Below the pieces are notes generated by a model. That model had not been told where the DNA came from. It ran no database searches and saw nothing but the letters and a program-made list of their open reading frames with translations. From IMG/VR virus record IMGVR_UViG_3300030108_002876, positions 1,510 to 65,509 of that record: 64,000 bases of DNA; one strand, given 5' to 3'. Below, one piece after another: positions 49,005 through 56,926 of the stretch (position 1 is the stretch's first letter; every line of letters starts with the position of its first letter). The translations under genes and the position numbers were made by a program. The stretch comes from a virus (lineage: Duplodnaviria; Caudoviricetes).

Positions 49005-49901
49005 TTATACTTTAATAGCTGGCTTTCCAAACCACTTAAGATATACACCAACTTGTGGAGTACCTGTCATAGAGCTCATGTCTTCTTTAGCTGTTATATG
49101 AAAGAACGTATCACCTGTTTGTCTACTTACTTTAGCAGCAGATCCTGAGTGAACTATAAGAGGATCGTTTGCATCCGAGCTAATATCAAGGTCTACATCA
49201 GGAATAGATGTATTGCCTGAAGCATCTGCGCCAACGAACTCAGTACCACCAGAAGCAGCATCATCTGCTATAGCAGCGTTATGATACTCTAAAGCTACTG
49301 AACCTACGTTATTAGTTGCTCCAGAAATAGAAATCAAAGCCGCTTCTAATAGAATAGCATTATTGAGTTTAATAGAAAGCGAAGCAGCAACGTCATCGTC
49401 GTCTGCTGTCATAGGTGTAACAACCTCAAAGTACTCGTGGATACCACGGTGTTGCGATGAATAAGTAGCAAGCGTATTTCCACAAGAATTAATAAACGGA
49501 GATATATATTCTGCTTCAACAGTATTATTGTTAACGTCTGTAGTCACGTCATCTGCAATTACAACAAACCCGTCTTTATTAACGTAACTGTTTACTGCTT
49601 GAGCGATAGCCGTCATAACCTCTTGAGTTTTTCCTGCTACTATATCTAACTTAGCTCCATCATGCCCTGTGTTACTATGATGGTATCCTACTTTATGTGT
49701 ATTAGGATCTTCTGGATATCTTATAGGGCTAAAATGAACCATTACATTTGTATCGCTGTTTGGTTCCAAGTGCAATAATTTCGATGCTGGCACACACATA
49801 CTAGTAGGGTTCTGATCAAGCGTCGTAGTATCCCCATCATCGTTGTCTGCGTCTGCGACAGTACGAAAGTAAAGCCAATTTTCAACTTTATTAACTGACA
49901 T
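49005..49901 (-). CDS. hypothetical protein (probably structural)
   Basis: N-terminal domain paralogous to 48539-48976, plus an extra C-terminal domain. Confidence 0.7.
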   Translation of the reverse strand: MSVNKVENWLYFRTVADADNDDGDTTTLDQNPTSMCVPASKLLHLEPNSDTNVMVHFSPIRYPEDPNTHKVGYHHSNTGHDGAKLDIVAGKTQEVMTAIAQAVNSYVNKDGFVVIADDVTTDVNNNTVEAEYISPFINSCGNTLATYSSQHRGIHEYFEVVTPMTADDDDVAASLSIKLNNAILLEAALISISGATNNVGSVALEYHNAAIADDAASGGTEFVGADASGNTSIPDVDLDISSDANDPLIVHSGSAAKVSRQTGDTFFHITAKEDMSSMTGTPQVGVYLKWFGKPAIKV

Positions 49902-49977
49902 TTTTTAAATTTTTAATTAGTTATTGTTTATTTACCGTGTAAGGTTTATGATGTAAAGTTTAGGTCTAATATATATA

Positions 49978-50001
49978 TCACACGTTTAGCGAAGTAGTTA
50001 C
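49978..50001 (-). promoter_or_regulatory. putative phage-sigma promoter, GTAAC-N13-GTGTGA
   Basis: Same spacing as the other three copies; overlaps the groES stop and the intergenic region that follows. Confidence 0.55.
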
Positions 50002-50267
50002 TCCACTAACACTACATCTCTTGCTCGGATTACATGGTACATTGTGTCTGCCCAGGTTATACCATGCCCAGCATGTTTGTCGTAATATATAATATCGTTA
50101 TCTTTTAGGCCTTCAACTAGATTACCTGTAGAGATAATCGTAGCTTTAATATACCTATTGCTTTCGTCTAGTTCTTCAGTAAGAAGTAAGCCACCAACTT
50201 TCTTAGGACCCACTTTCTCTACGTCTACTACTATGTAATCATTGATTGCTTTCATCTGCTCTAGCAT
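49998..50267 (-). CDS. groES: co-chaperonin GroES
   Basis: cpn10 pattern KAINDYIVV...GGLLL...TG...DVV; adjacent to groEL. Confidence 0.8.
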   Translation of the reverse strand: MLEQMKAINDYIVVDVEKVGPKKVGGLLLTEELDESNRYIKATIISTGNLVEGLKDNDIIYYDKHAGHGITWADTMYHVIRARDVVLVE

Positions 50268-51810
50268 TTGATATTACACAATCAGCTGATATAATAGTTG
50301 ACACTACTGATACAGCGTTCTTTAATGCAGACTTAGTAACAAGTACTGGATCTACAATACCTGCTTCAATCATATCTACACACTCACCAGTTATTACATC
50401 GATGCCACAGTACTCTTGATCGTCGCATACCACACCTGTAATACCTGCGTTATCTAGTATTGTATCGAAAGGAGCTTTAATAGCTTCTAGCAATACTTCC
50501 TCACCCGCGTTAGCGGGAGAAATTTTTTGAGCAGCCCACCATAGTGCTGAACCGCCGCCAGGTACTATGCCTTCTTTTAGTGCAGCTTTAGTTGCGTATA
50601 TAGCATCTTCAACCCTGTCTTTCTTTTCTTTGAGTTCTACTTTAGAACCTGCACCCACTTTGATAATACCTACAGAGCCTGATAGCATAGCTAAACGTTC
50701 TTCAAGCTTCTTTTTAAAAAACCCGTTTTTTTCTTCAGCTACTTTCTTAGACACTTGCTCAATACGTTCGTTAATTTCCTCTGTCATTTCTTCAAGAGTT
50801 ATTACTGTATTAGTATCGCTAGTTACCGCGTACTCAGCTTCACCAAGATGTTCTACACTTATGAGATCTAAGTCATCACCTAGCTCTTCATTAATAACAG
50901 TAGCGCCTGTCATAATAGCTAAATCTTCTGTAGCATCTTGCTTAGTAGGTCCAAAGCCAGGCAAGTCAACGATGTTAACTTTAATATTACCTTTTACCTT
51001 GTTCATCATAAGCGCTGACTTGACGCCTTGCGCTACTGGAGCTATAATAAGTAAAGCCCTACCTTTTTTAATGACATGCTCTAATACGCTTTGTATCTTA
51101 CGTACATTAGGTATCTCACTTGACACAATAAGTACATATGGATTATCTAGCTCTGCTAGATGTTTATCAGTGTTAGTGACGAAGTGCGGCGACGTAAGCC
51201 CGCAGTCAAACTGCACTCCGTCAACTAACTCAACATGCGTTTCATCGGTGTCACCTTCCTCCATAAGTACGACACCATTCTTACCTACTTTTTGGTAAGC
51301 TTCTGCAATAATGCTTCCAAGGGCTTGATCATTATTACAACTAATCGCGCTAACAGCGCTAAGCATGCTCCCTTCAACTTCAATAGCCCTTCCTTCCAGA
51401 TGTTGCACAACTTTGTCCAGGCCTGAGCTAATACCTGCTTTGATTTCTCTAATAGATTCATCAGCATATTTTTCTTTGTTTACTTCTTTTAAAAGTGCTT
51501 CAGCAAGGACAGTAGCTGTAGTAGTACCGTCACCTGCTTCTTTCACTGTATTGTTAGCTGCCTCCTTAATTAAGGTTGCACCTATGTTTTCGACCGGATC
51601 ATATAAGACTACGCTTTGGGCAACGGTTACTCCGTCTTTTGTTATGACCGGCTTGCCGCGAGCATCTTCGTATATAACGCATTTACCCGATGCGCCTAAT
51701 GTACTCTTTACGGCTTGCGCTAGTTTAGTTACACCAGCAATTACTTTATCTTTAGCGATTTGACCAAAGTCTAAACGTTTGATCAACTCACTAGGTAAGT
51801 TGTATTCCAT
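50239..51810 (-). CDS. groEL: chaperonin GroEL
   Basis: TLG, ITKDGVTVA, AGDGTTTATVLA and GIVPGGG motifs. Confidence 0.95.
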   Translation of the reverse strand: MEYNLPSELIKRLDFGQIAKDKVIAGVTKLAQAVKSTLGASGKCVIYEDARGKPVITKDGVTVAQSVVLYDPVENIGATLIKEAANNTVKEAGDGTTTATVLAEALLKEVNKEKYADESIREIKAGISSGLDKVVQHLEGRAIEVEGSMLSAVSAISCNNDQALGSIIAEAYQKVGKNGVVLMEEGDTDETHVELVDGVQFDCGLTSPHFVTNTDKHLAELDNPYVLIVSSEIPNVRKIQSVLEHVIKKGRALLIIAPVAQGVKSALMMNKVKGNIKVNIVDLPGFGPTKQDATEDLAIMTGATVINEELGDDLDLISVEHLGEAEYAVTSDTNTVITLEEMTEEINERIEQVSKKVAEEKNGFFKKKLEERLAMLSGSVGIIKVGAGSKVELKEKKDRVEDAIYATKAALKEGIVPGGGSALWWAAQKISPANAGEEVLLEAIKAPFDTILDNAGITGVVCDDQEYCGIDVITGECVDMIEAGIVDPVLVTKSALKNAVSVVSTIISADCVISNARADESNQ

Positions 51811-51840
51811 GAATTATATTAAATTAAATTGTATTGGTTT

Positions 51841-52368
51841 TTATTGTTTAGTTCTAGGATTTCTAGGAGGAGTGTTAGCTTTTTCAAGAAACTCACCTGG
51901 TTCTCCTGGATTAGCCATGCGATCAACAGCTGGATAATTAGGAGATCCATCGTCTTTAAGAGGAACGCTTTTACCTGCTCTTCTAATTTTTATAAACTCA
52001 TCTTTAAGTCCTTGATCAGAATACTCTTTGCCACCTATGGTAACAGTAGTATCTCCTATCTTTTCTATGTTAGAAGGATTTTTCTGATTATCAGGTGGAT
52101 TCTCTCGCTCGTGCTCCTTATCAAATGGGCTAAAGCCTTTCATCTTAAATCCTGATTTTAATTTCTTTATTTTAGCTTCGTATTGTTCCTTAGTTAAGTA
52201 TCTCGCTGTGCCAGGATTCTTTTTCGCAAATTCCTCGTAACTCATAGTTGGCTCTTTAGTCTTTGACTTACCTGTTGCCATTGACTTTAGTTCTTTCTGT
52301 AAGTTTTTTTCAGCTTGTACTCCGCCTATGCCTGATAGTTTCGGAAAGCCCTTCATTTTAAACGGCAT
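51841..52368 (-). CDS. hypothetical protein with MPFKMKGFP N-terminus and internal FKMKGFSPF copy
   Basis: 175-aa ORF. Confidence 0.7.
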   Translation of the reverse strand: MPFKMKGFPKLSGIGGVQAEKNLQKELKSMATGKSKTKEPTMSYEEFAKKNPGTARYLTKEQYEAKIKKLKSGFKMKGFSPFDKEHERENPPDNQKNPSNIEKIGDTTVTIGGKEYSDQGLKDEFIKIRRAGKSVPLKDDGSPNYPAVDRMANPGEPGEFLEKANTPPRNPRTKQ

Positions 52369-52369
52369 G

Positions 52370-52639
52370 TTATACTTCTTTTTTAATTTTACCTTTCTTA
52401 GTTATCTTGTATTGAGTAGAACTACCTCCTGTAGGATTAATAACTTTTCCTTTAGGGTCTTTTGCAATACCACCTCCTTCGATAAAGTACGTGTCACTAC
52501 CGCCAAATCGAGTTAATTGCTCTGATGTAACTAGTTTACCTTTTTTAGCTAGTCTATCTCTTCTTCTTTGTGCTCTTTTAGAGTCTATATCTTTGCCGAA
52601 GTTACGCTCCATCGGTGAACTTCTCATTTTAAACGCCAT
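52370..52639 (-). CDS. small basic protein with MAFKMR N-terminus
   Basis: 89-aa ORF with SSPM motif. Confidence 0.7.
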   Translation of the reverse strand: MAFKMRSSPMERNFGKDIDSKRAQRRRDRLAKKGKLVTSEQLTRFGGSDTYFIEGGGIAKDPKGKVINPTGGSSTQYKITKKGKIKKEV

Positions 52640-52650
52640 ATTTCTTGTTT

Positions 52651-52941
52651 TTAAAAAGTTTTTACAACTTTAGGGCCTTTTGTAGCCTCTAATTTTTTTG
52701 AAAAGTAGTCAATGCTACCGTCAATTGCAGATTCTGCGCCTTCCATAGTCTCTCTACGTGTAACTGCGTGCCAATTATCGTCAATTGAAGGGTGAGAAAC
52801 CTCTGTTTGGTAGTATCCGTTAGGTAATTGGGTGATTCGCCAGTTACTTTTGTCCGACATGTGCGTCCATTCAGTAATTTCTTGTTTACTAGGTTTAGTA
52901 GTGTGCGTCGTAGACGACGTCTTGTAGTATAAATAGGTCAT
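52651..52941 (-). CDS. hypothetical protein
   Basis: 96-aa ORF with WRITQLPNGYYQTE. Confidence 0.65.
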   Translation of the reverse strand: MTYLYYKTSSTTHTTKPSKQEITEWTHMSDKSNWRITQLPNGYYQTEVSHPSIDDNWHAVTRRETMEGAESAIDGSIDYFSKKLEATKGPKVVKTF

Positions 52942-52974
52942 ATTTATTGGTTTTTAGTTTAAATGTTATGTTAA

Positions 52975-53382
52975 TTATCCTTTTACCCACCAACCGTACT
53001 CTGCAACGACTGTACCAGACGATGCTTGTAGTTGTACTCCTGCTGAATGGCCACCGCAAGGTAGAAAACAGAACTCATCAGCAGCAAGTTTCGCAAAAGG
53101 TACGTCACCTGTTAGCTCTACGTTTAAAGTTTCTGTTGTTGCAGAAGATCCATCAGACGTACCGGTGTGCTTTACGTATATATAGTATGTCTGACCGTCT
53201 GTACGAGGCTGCACAATGTTATTTGCGCCTGTAGTCGATACGGTAGTTCTAGATATACCATGCGTTTCTTGCCCAATAGTGAGCTCGTCGGTGACAGTTA
53301 GACTTAGAGTTTCGTCTTCGCTAACTCCTGCTGATCCTCCAGTACTTGCTAATGTTAATGTTGGTGTTAATTTTATAGCCAT
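52975..53382 (-). CDS. hypothetical beta-rich structural protein
   Basis: Thr/Gly-rich 135-aa ORF. Confidence 0.6.
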   Translation of the reverse strand: MAIKLTPTLTLASTGGSAGVSEDETLSLTVTDELTIGQETHGISRTTVSTTGANNIVQPRTDGQTYYIYVKHTGTSDGSSATTETLNVELTGDVPFAKLAADEFCFLPCGGHSAGVQLQASSGTVVAEYGWWVKG

Positions 53383-53393
53383 TGTTTAATTCT

Positions 53394-53801
53394 TTATAGT
53401 TCCATTGCTCCGGTACTTGATTCTTCGTAGCCTTGTTCAAATAGTTTTCTTTCTTTTTTTCTTTTTGCACCTTTTGCTAACGCTATACCCCCACCTATTA
53501 CCGCTGCTGCAGCTAGAGCTATCCAGCCTACTGGGTTACTTACGCCTATAGCTGCTGCTCCTTTAGCACCTAGACCTAGCGAAGCTGACTTACCTATAGC
53601 ATATCCTGCTCCTGCTGCTGTCTTTGCTTTTCCGCCTAGGCCAAACGTATTCTTTATATCTGATGTTACGTTCTCTTTTCTTTGTGCTTTTAGTTCTTCT
53701 GGGTTTTGAGATAAAGGTGCACCACTAGAGTCAACATACTTCATTGGAGAGCATGATGATCTTCTACGTCTTTGTCCGTGCATAATTCTTCTTTTACCCA
53801 T
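53394..53801 (-). CDS. hypothetical protein with Gly/Ala-rich TM segment
   Basis: Likely start MGKRR at 53801; SPMK motif; NPVGWIALAAAAVIGGG. Confidence 0.6.
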   Translation of the reverse strand: MGKRRIMHGQRRRRSSCSPMKYVDSSGAPLSQNPEELKAQRKENVTSDIKNTFGLGGKAKTAAGAGYAIGKSASLGLGAKGAAAIGVSNPVGWIALAAAAVIGGGIALAKGAKRKKERKLFEQGYEESSTGAMEL

Positions 53802-53811
53802 AAGTATAGTA

Positions 53812-53835
53812 TTACACACTTAATCTGCTATTTAC
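53812..53835 (-). promoter_or_regulatory. putative phage-sigma promoter at the start of the late arm, GTAAA-N13-GTGTAA
   Basis: Exact-spacing motif just upstream of the first late gene. Confidence 0.6.
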
Positions 53836-53841
53836 AAAGTG

Positions 53842-53885
53842 TGACACAAGCCTACTACTAGGATACTATTAACTAGCTATTGTCA
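53842..53885. promoter_or_regulatory. operator-like inverted repeat TGACACAAGCCT-N20-TAGCTATTGTCA
   Basis: A related copy lies at 60378-60419. Confidence 0.55.
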
Positions 53886-53925
53886 TACTTTTTTGGGATA
53901 TTATAAATTTTGGAGTAAAATGTAG

Positions 53926-53950
53926 CCCCCCTCCCCCGCCCCCTCCCCCC
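53926..53950 (-). other. G-quadruplex-forming mirror repeat (C6-T-C5-G-C5-T-C6 on + strand)
   Basis: Read directly: four G-runs with 1-nt loops on the minus strand. Confidence 0.7.
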
Positions 53951-54002
53951 TGCCAGGAAAAGTCGCGACTCTAAGCCAGCCCCGCCTCTTATTTTTACAC
54001 TT

Positions 54003-54034
54003 TACAAACTAAATACGACTTCACTTGGATAATA
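54003..54034 (+). promoter_or_regulatory. early promoter-like repeat, copy 1
   Basis: TACAAACTAAATACGA-N8-GGATAATA. Confidence 0.75.
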
Positions 54035-54064
54035 TATATGTAAACAAAATCTAATAACTACAAA

Positions 54065-54268
54065 ATGAAAAAGTTAAACTACAAATTAAAAACTCTTATA
54101 ATTACTAAAATAGCTAAAAACTTCAGAAAAAAGTTACCAATCGCTCGCAATCTCAAAGTTCAAAATATTGATTACATGTATGAATATAGCTTTATTCAAC
54201 TATTCAAAACATTAATCGACTCATTCAAACTTGAACCTCAACACTTCAATAACATGTTTATCAAATGA
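54065..54268 (+). CDS. early hypothetical protein
   Basis: 67-aa ORF after repeat copy 1. Confidence 0.55.
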   Translation: MKKLNYKLKTLIITKIAKNFRKKLPIARNLKVQNIDYMYEYSFIQLFKTLIDSFKLEPQHFNNMFIK

Positions 54269-54403
54269 GACAAATACTTGAATCAATAGCAATAATTATA
54301 CTTATACTACTAAGTTGTTGTGTGTACTAAAAAAATTGTACAATCACACTCGCGGCAGAAGACTACTCTAGTAAAATTGTATACTAAACAAAACATACTC
54401 TTT

Positions 54404-54435
54404 TACAAACTAACAACGACACTCGTTGGATAATA
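54404..54435 (+). promoter_or_regulatory. early promoter-like repeat, copy 2
   Basis: TACAAACTAACAACGA-N8-GGATAATA. Confidence 0.75.
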
Positions 54436-54472
54436 ATAATAACTAATTTAAAAATTCTAAAATTTACATATC

Positions 54473-54718
54473 ATGTCAAATTCTAATAACACTCTAATCT
54501 CAAAGCGTTTCGTACTACGTCAGTCACTTGTTGGCAAAAATGCTATCATCACTGTCAACTTCAAAAATGGCAAAACAGTTACTTACTCACACGACAAAGC
54601 ATTCACTCTTATGCAGTCTGCACTCGAAGCAATGCCATGTTGGGCAAAGTACAAGTCGTACACTGCTACTAACAATGTGCCAAAGGCAATTCGTGAAACT
54701 GAAGCAATTGTTGACTAA
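54473..54718 (+). CDS. early hypothetical protein
   Basis: 81-aa ORF after repeat copy 2. Confidence 0.65.
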   Translation: MSNSNNTLISKRFVLRQSLVGKNAIITVNFKNGKTVTYSHDKAFTLMQSALEAMPCWAKYKSYTATNNVPKAIRETEAIVD

Positions 54719-54837
54719 TGATTAGTGCCAGCAAACTCCGCAAGTTGTCAGGCTTGTACCGCTTCCGCAGAGTATAAACAAATAATAGTCCAGTTAGTTG
54801 TATGTTTACTGGTAAATCAAATATGAACATACACACA

Positions 54838-54911
54838 TAGTAGTCCTTGGCGGAATTGGCGGCGATTTTACCGTAGCATTGCAATTACGAGTTCGATTCT
54901 CGTGCTACTAC
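54838..54911 (+). ncRNA. tRNA-like element 1 (degenerate tRNA or mimic)
   Basis: Acceptor TAGTAGT/GCTACTA, perfect T-arm ACGAG-TTCGATT-CTCGT, D-loop-like TGGCGGAATTGG; no canonical anticodon arm. Confidence 0.55.
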
Positions 54912-54934
54912 TAACAATTAAATAAATAGAAAAC

Positions 54935-55033
54935 ATGAAAACATTTTTCAAAAATCACTATGTACTTATCGTACTTGGCTTCTGGCTAACAACTTTAATG
55001 TGTCTATCTTCTTGCTTAGGCGTTACAAACTAA
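54935..55033 (+). CDS. 32-aa signal-peptide-like ORF with lipobox LSSC
   Basis: Translated by hand: MKTFFKNHYVLIVLGFWLTTLMCLSSCLGVTN. Confidence 0.4.
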   Translation: MKTFFKNHYVLIVLGFWLTTLMCLSSCLGVTN

Positions 55034-55055
55034 GCACGAACGCTAAAGGATAATA
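55024..55055 (+). promoter_or_regulatory. early promoter-like repeat, copy 3
   Basis: TACAAACTAAGCACGA-N8-GGATAATA. Confidence 0.75.
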
Positions 55056-55060
55056 ATAAT

Positions 55061-55366
55061 ATGATATTCGATACTAAACTACGAGCTGAAGTAAAAATAC
55101 AGCGTGATGCAGTGCATCAATTACTCAAGCACCACTTACCAAAGTGTGAGCTAACGCTAATCGGTGACAGCGAGATACAACTCACATGGCACTCAAATCC
55201 TCACTGTATACGTGAAACATTACTTACATGTAGCATGTATGGCGACTGGCAGTTCGAAGAGCACCAGTGGGAGTCGTTCGATAACTATCATTACTCAACA
55301 GACTTAAACGTCGACTACACGTCACCTGCTAACGAAGTTGTTAACGCATTAATGAAATTACTATGA
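55061..55366 (+). CDS. early hypothetical protein
   Basis: 101-aa ORF starting 6 nt after repeat copy 3. Confidence 0.65.
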   Translation: MIFDTKLRAEVKIQRDAVHQLLKHHLPKCELTLIGDSEIQLTWHSNPHCIRETLLTCSMYGDWQFEEHQWESFDNYHYSTDLNVDYTSPANEVVNALMKLL

Positions 55367-55464
55367 GATTACTATCAATCATCGCGCTCTGCTTAGTATT
55401 TAATGCAGAGATAAATCAAGGCTGGCAAGGCTGGGTAAACTCTACTTGGGACGTAGTAGGTGTT

Positions 55465-55496
55465 CACAAACCAAATACGAAACTAAATGGATAATA
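55465..55496 (+). promoter_or_regulatory. early promoter-like repeat, copy 4
   Basis: CACAAACCAAATACGA-N8-GGATAATA. Confidence 0.7.
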
Positions 55497-55501
55497 TTAA
55501 T

Positions 55502-55693
55502 ATGAAGACAATACAATTCCTCAAAGACAAAAGAGTACAGCTCAATGGCGTAACTTTCAAGCCATACTGTATCGGCGACTTACCGCCATCATTCGGTTGC
55601 ATTGCTCACGAGCGTGACGCAGACGGCGACATTGTTAAATACGGCATAAGTGAATGGTTTGCATTCAAAGGCTTTTGCTACATACCAGAGTAA
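55502..55693 (+). CDS. early hypothetical protein
   Basis: Start revised to MKTIQF, downstream of the repeat. Confidence 0.6.
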   Translation: MKTIQFLKDKRVQLNGVTFKPYCIGDLPPSFGCIAHERDADGDIVKYGISEWFAFKGFCYIPE

Positions 55694-55695
55694 TC

Positions 55696-55848
55696 ATGAA
55701 AATTACAGTATTAAATTTTGAAGTGTGCGAAGTAGATACAATAGAGCTACCAGCAGAGTTACATGGCGCACAAATCGAAGTGCTAGAAGGTTTTTTAATC
55801 GGCAAAGACTACAGTCTTGGCAATATAGAGTGGATGCAACATGAATAA
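55696..55848 (+). CDS. early hypothetical protein
   Basis: Likely start MKITVLNF. Confidence 0.55.
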   Translation: MKITVLNFEVCEVDTIELPAELHGAQIEVLEGFLIGKDYSLGNIEWMQHE

Positions 55849-56344
55849 TCAAGCAAAAAAATATAGAAAATACTACGAAGCACTCGACGCAATCGGTTGC
55901 AAGCATATATCAACGCCACGTCAAATCAAGAATGGAACACGAGTATTTCGTCTACCATTCAAAGACGCTTGGGGTCACGATATAGACTTTGCTACATACG
56001 AGTCGGGTTATGTACGCAGATTAGTAAAGGTCGGCTATTGTCCTTGCTATCAAATTAATAAAAAGTGTAAGAAATCACGTATGGTTAAAGTAGAAAGCGG
56101 TACACACAAAGGCTATTACTACAAGAGACGCTCAAACGAACGCATACTAATTGAAGGTAATGGCGATCGACTAGAGTACTTATTTAACTACATTATACGT
56201 AATTTCTTTAGAGCTAAGCCAAAATACAATAGAACTATCGACATGGAGTGGTTAAACTTCTGTGCAAAGTGGCAATACGGTGAGTTTGGCTTCAACAGCT
56301 GCACTCAACCACAACAGAATAACATACTAAAATCTTTACAATAA
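55841..56344 (+). CDS. early hypothetical protein
   Basis: 167-aa basic ORF. Confidence 0.65.
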   Translation: MNNQAKKYRKYYEALDAIGCKHISTPRQIKNGTRVFRLPFKDAWGHDIDFATYESGYVRRLVKVGYCPCYQINKKCKKSRMVKVESGTHKGYYYKRRSNERILIEGNGDRLEYLFNYIIRNFFRAKPKYNRTIDMEWLNFCAKWQYGEFGFNSCTQPQQNNILKSLQ

Positions 56345-56679
56345 TGACAAGTTACGAACAAAGAGCGTATGACGCGCTCGCAGTGAAGCTAACCGAAGCA
56401 GGTTACGCATATGAAAACACAAGCTGGGCTAATGATGCAACTGCATCTATATCAGTATCTTGTAGACGTGTAATTATATCAGAGGTTGAAGATGAAGTTC
56501 AACAATTTGAGTTTCAAATTTACATACCTAACTGTGATTACCTCGACCCAGATAACGAGTTCTTTAATACTTATGCTATCACTGACGTGATGACTGGTCA
56601 CACATATGACTTCGATCGAGCTGATGAAGTTGTAGAGCATATTCAAGACTGCTTACGAGATGTTATTTTTACAAACTAA
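56344..56679 (+). CDS. early acidic hypothetical protein
   Basis: 111-aa ORF with SWAND segment. Confidence 0.65.
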   Translation: MTSYEQRAYDALAVKLTEAGYAYENTSWANDATASISVSCRRVIISEVEDEVQQFEFQIYIPNCDYLDPDNEFFNTYAITDVMTGHTYDFDRADEVVEHIQDCLRDVIFTN

Positions 56680-56701
56680 ATACGATTACCTCTGGATAAT
56701 A
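56670..56701 (+). promoter_or_regulatory. early promoter-like repeat, copy 5
   Basis: TACAAACTAAATACGA-N8-GGATAATA. Confidence 0.75.
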
Positions 56702-56706
56702 ATAAT

Positions 56707-56919
56707 ATGAAATGTCCAAAATGCAATAACACAATACAACCTGGCCGCGTGCGCCTTGGTTACAAAGTATGTATCAACTGTTCTACTGTAGAGCGTTATG
56801 GTTGTGCACCACTTATAAACCACAAGACAGGCAACTCAATACAAATTATGTCAAGCAGCGATGCTGCTCGTATTGCCAAACTTACAAGGCGTCGCGGTTA
56901 TGGTACAATGCTAAAATAA
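56707..56919 (+). CDS. C4 zinc-finger protein (DksA/TraR finger-like)
   Basis: CPKC-x4-I-x3-R...CINC pattern. Confidence 0.6.
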   Translation: MKCPKCNNTIQPGRVRLGYKVCINCSTVERYGCAPLINHKTGNSIQIMSSSDAARIAKLTRRRGYGTMLK

Positions 56920-56926
56920 TATAATC

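Noticed and set aside
50567-51763. Long plus-strand ORFs opposite groEL, and similar shadow ORFs opposite other late genes
   Set aside because: Antisense shadows of codon-biased real genes; Ser/Leu-rich with no recognisable motifs
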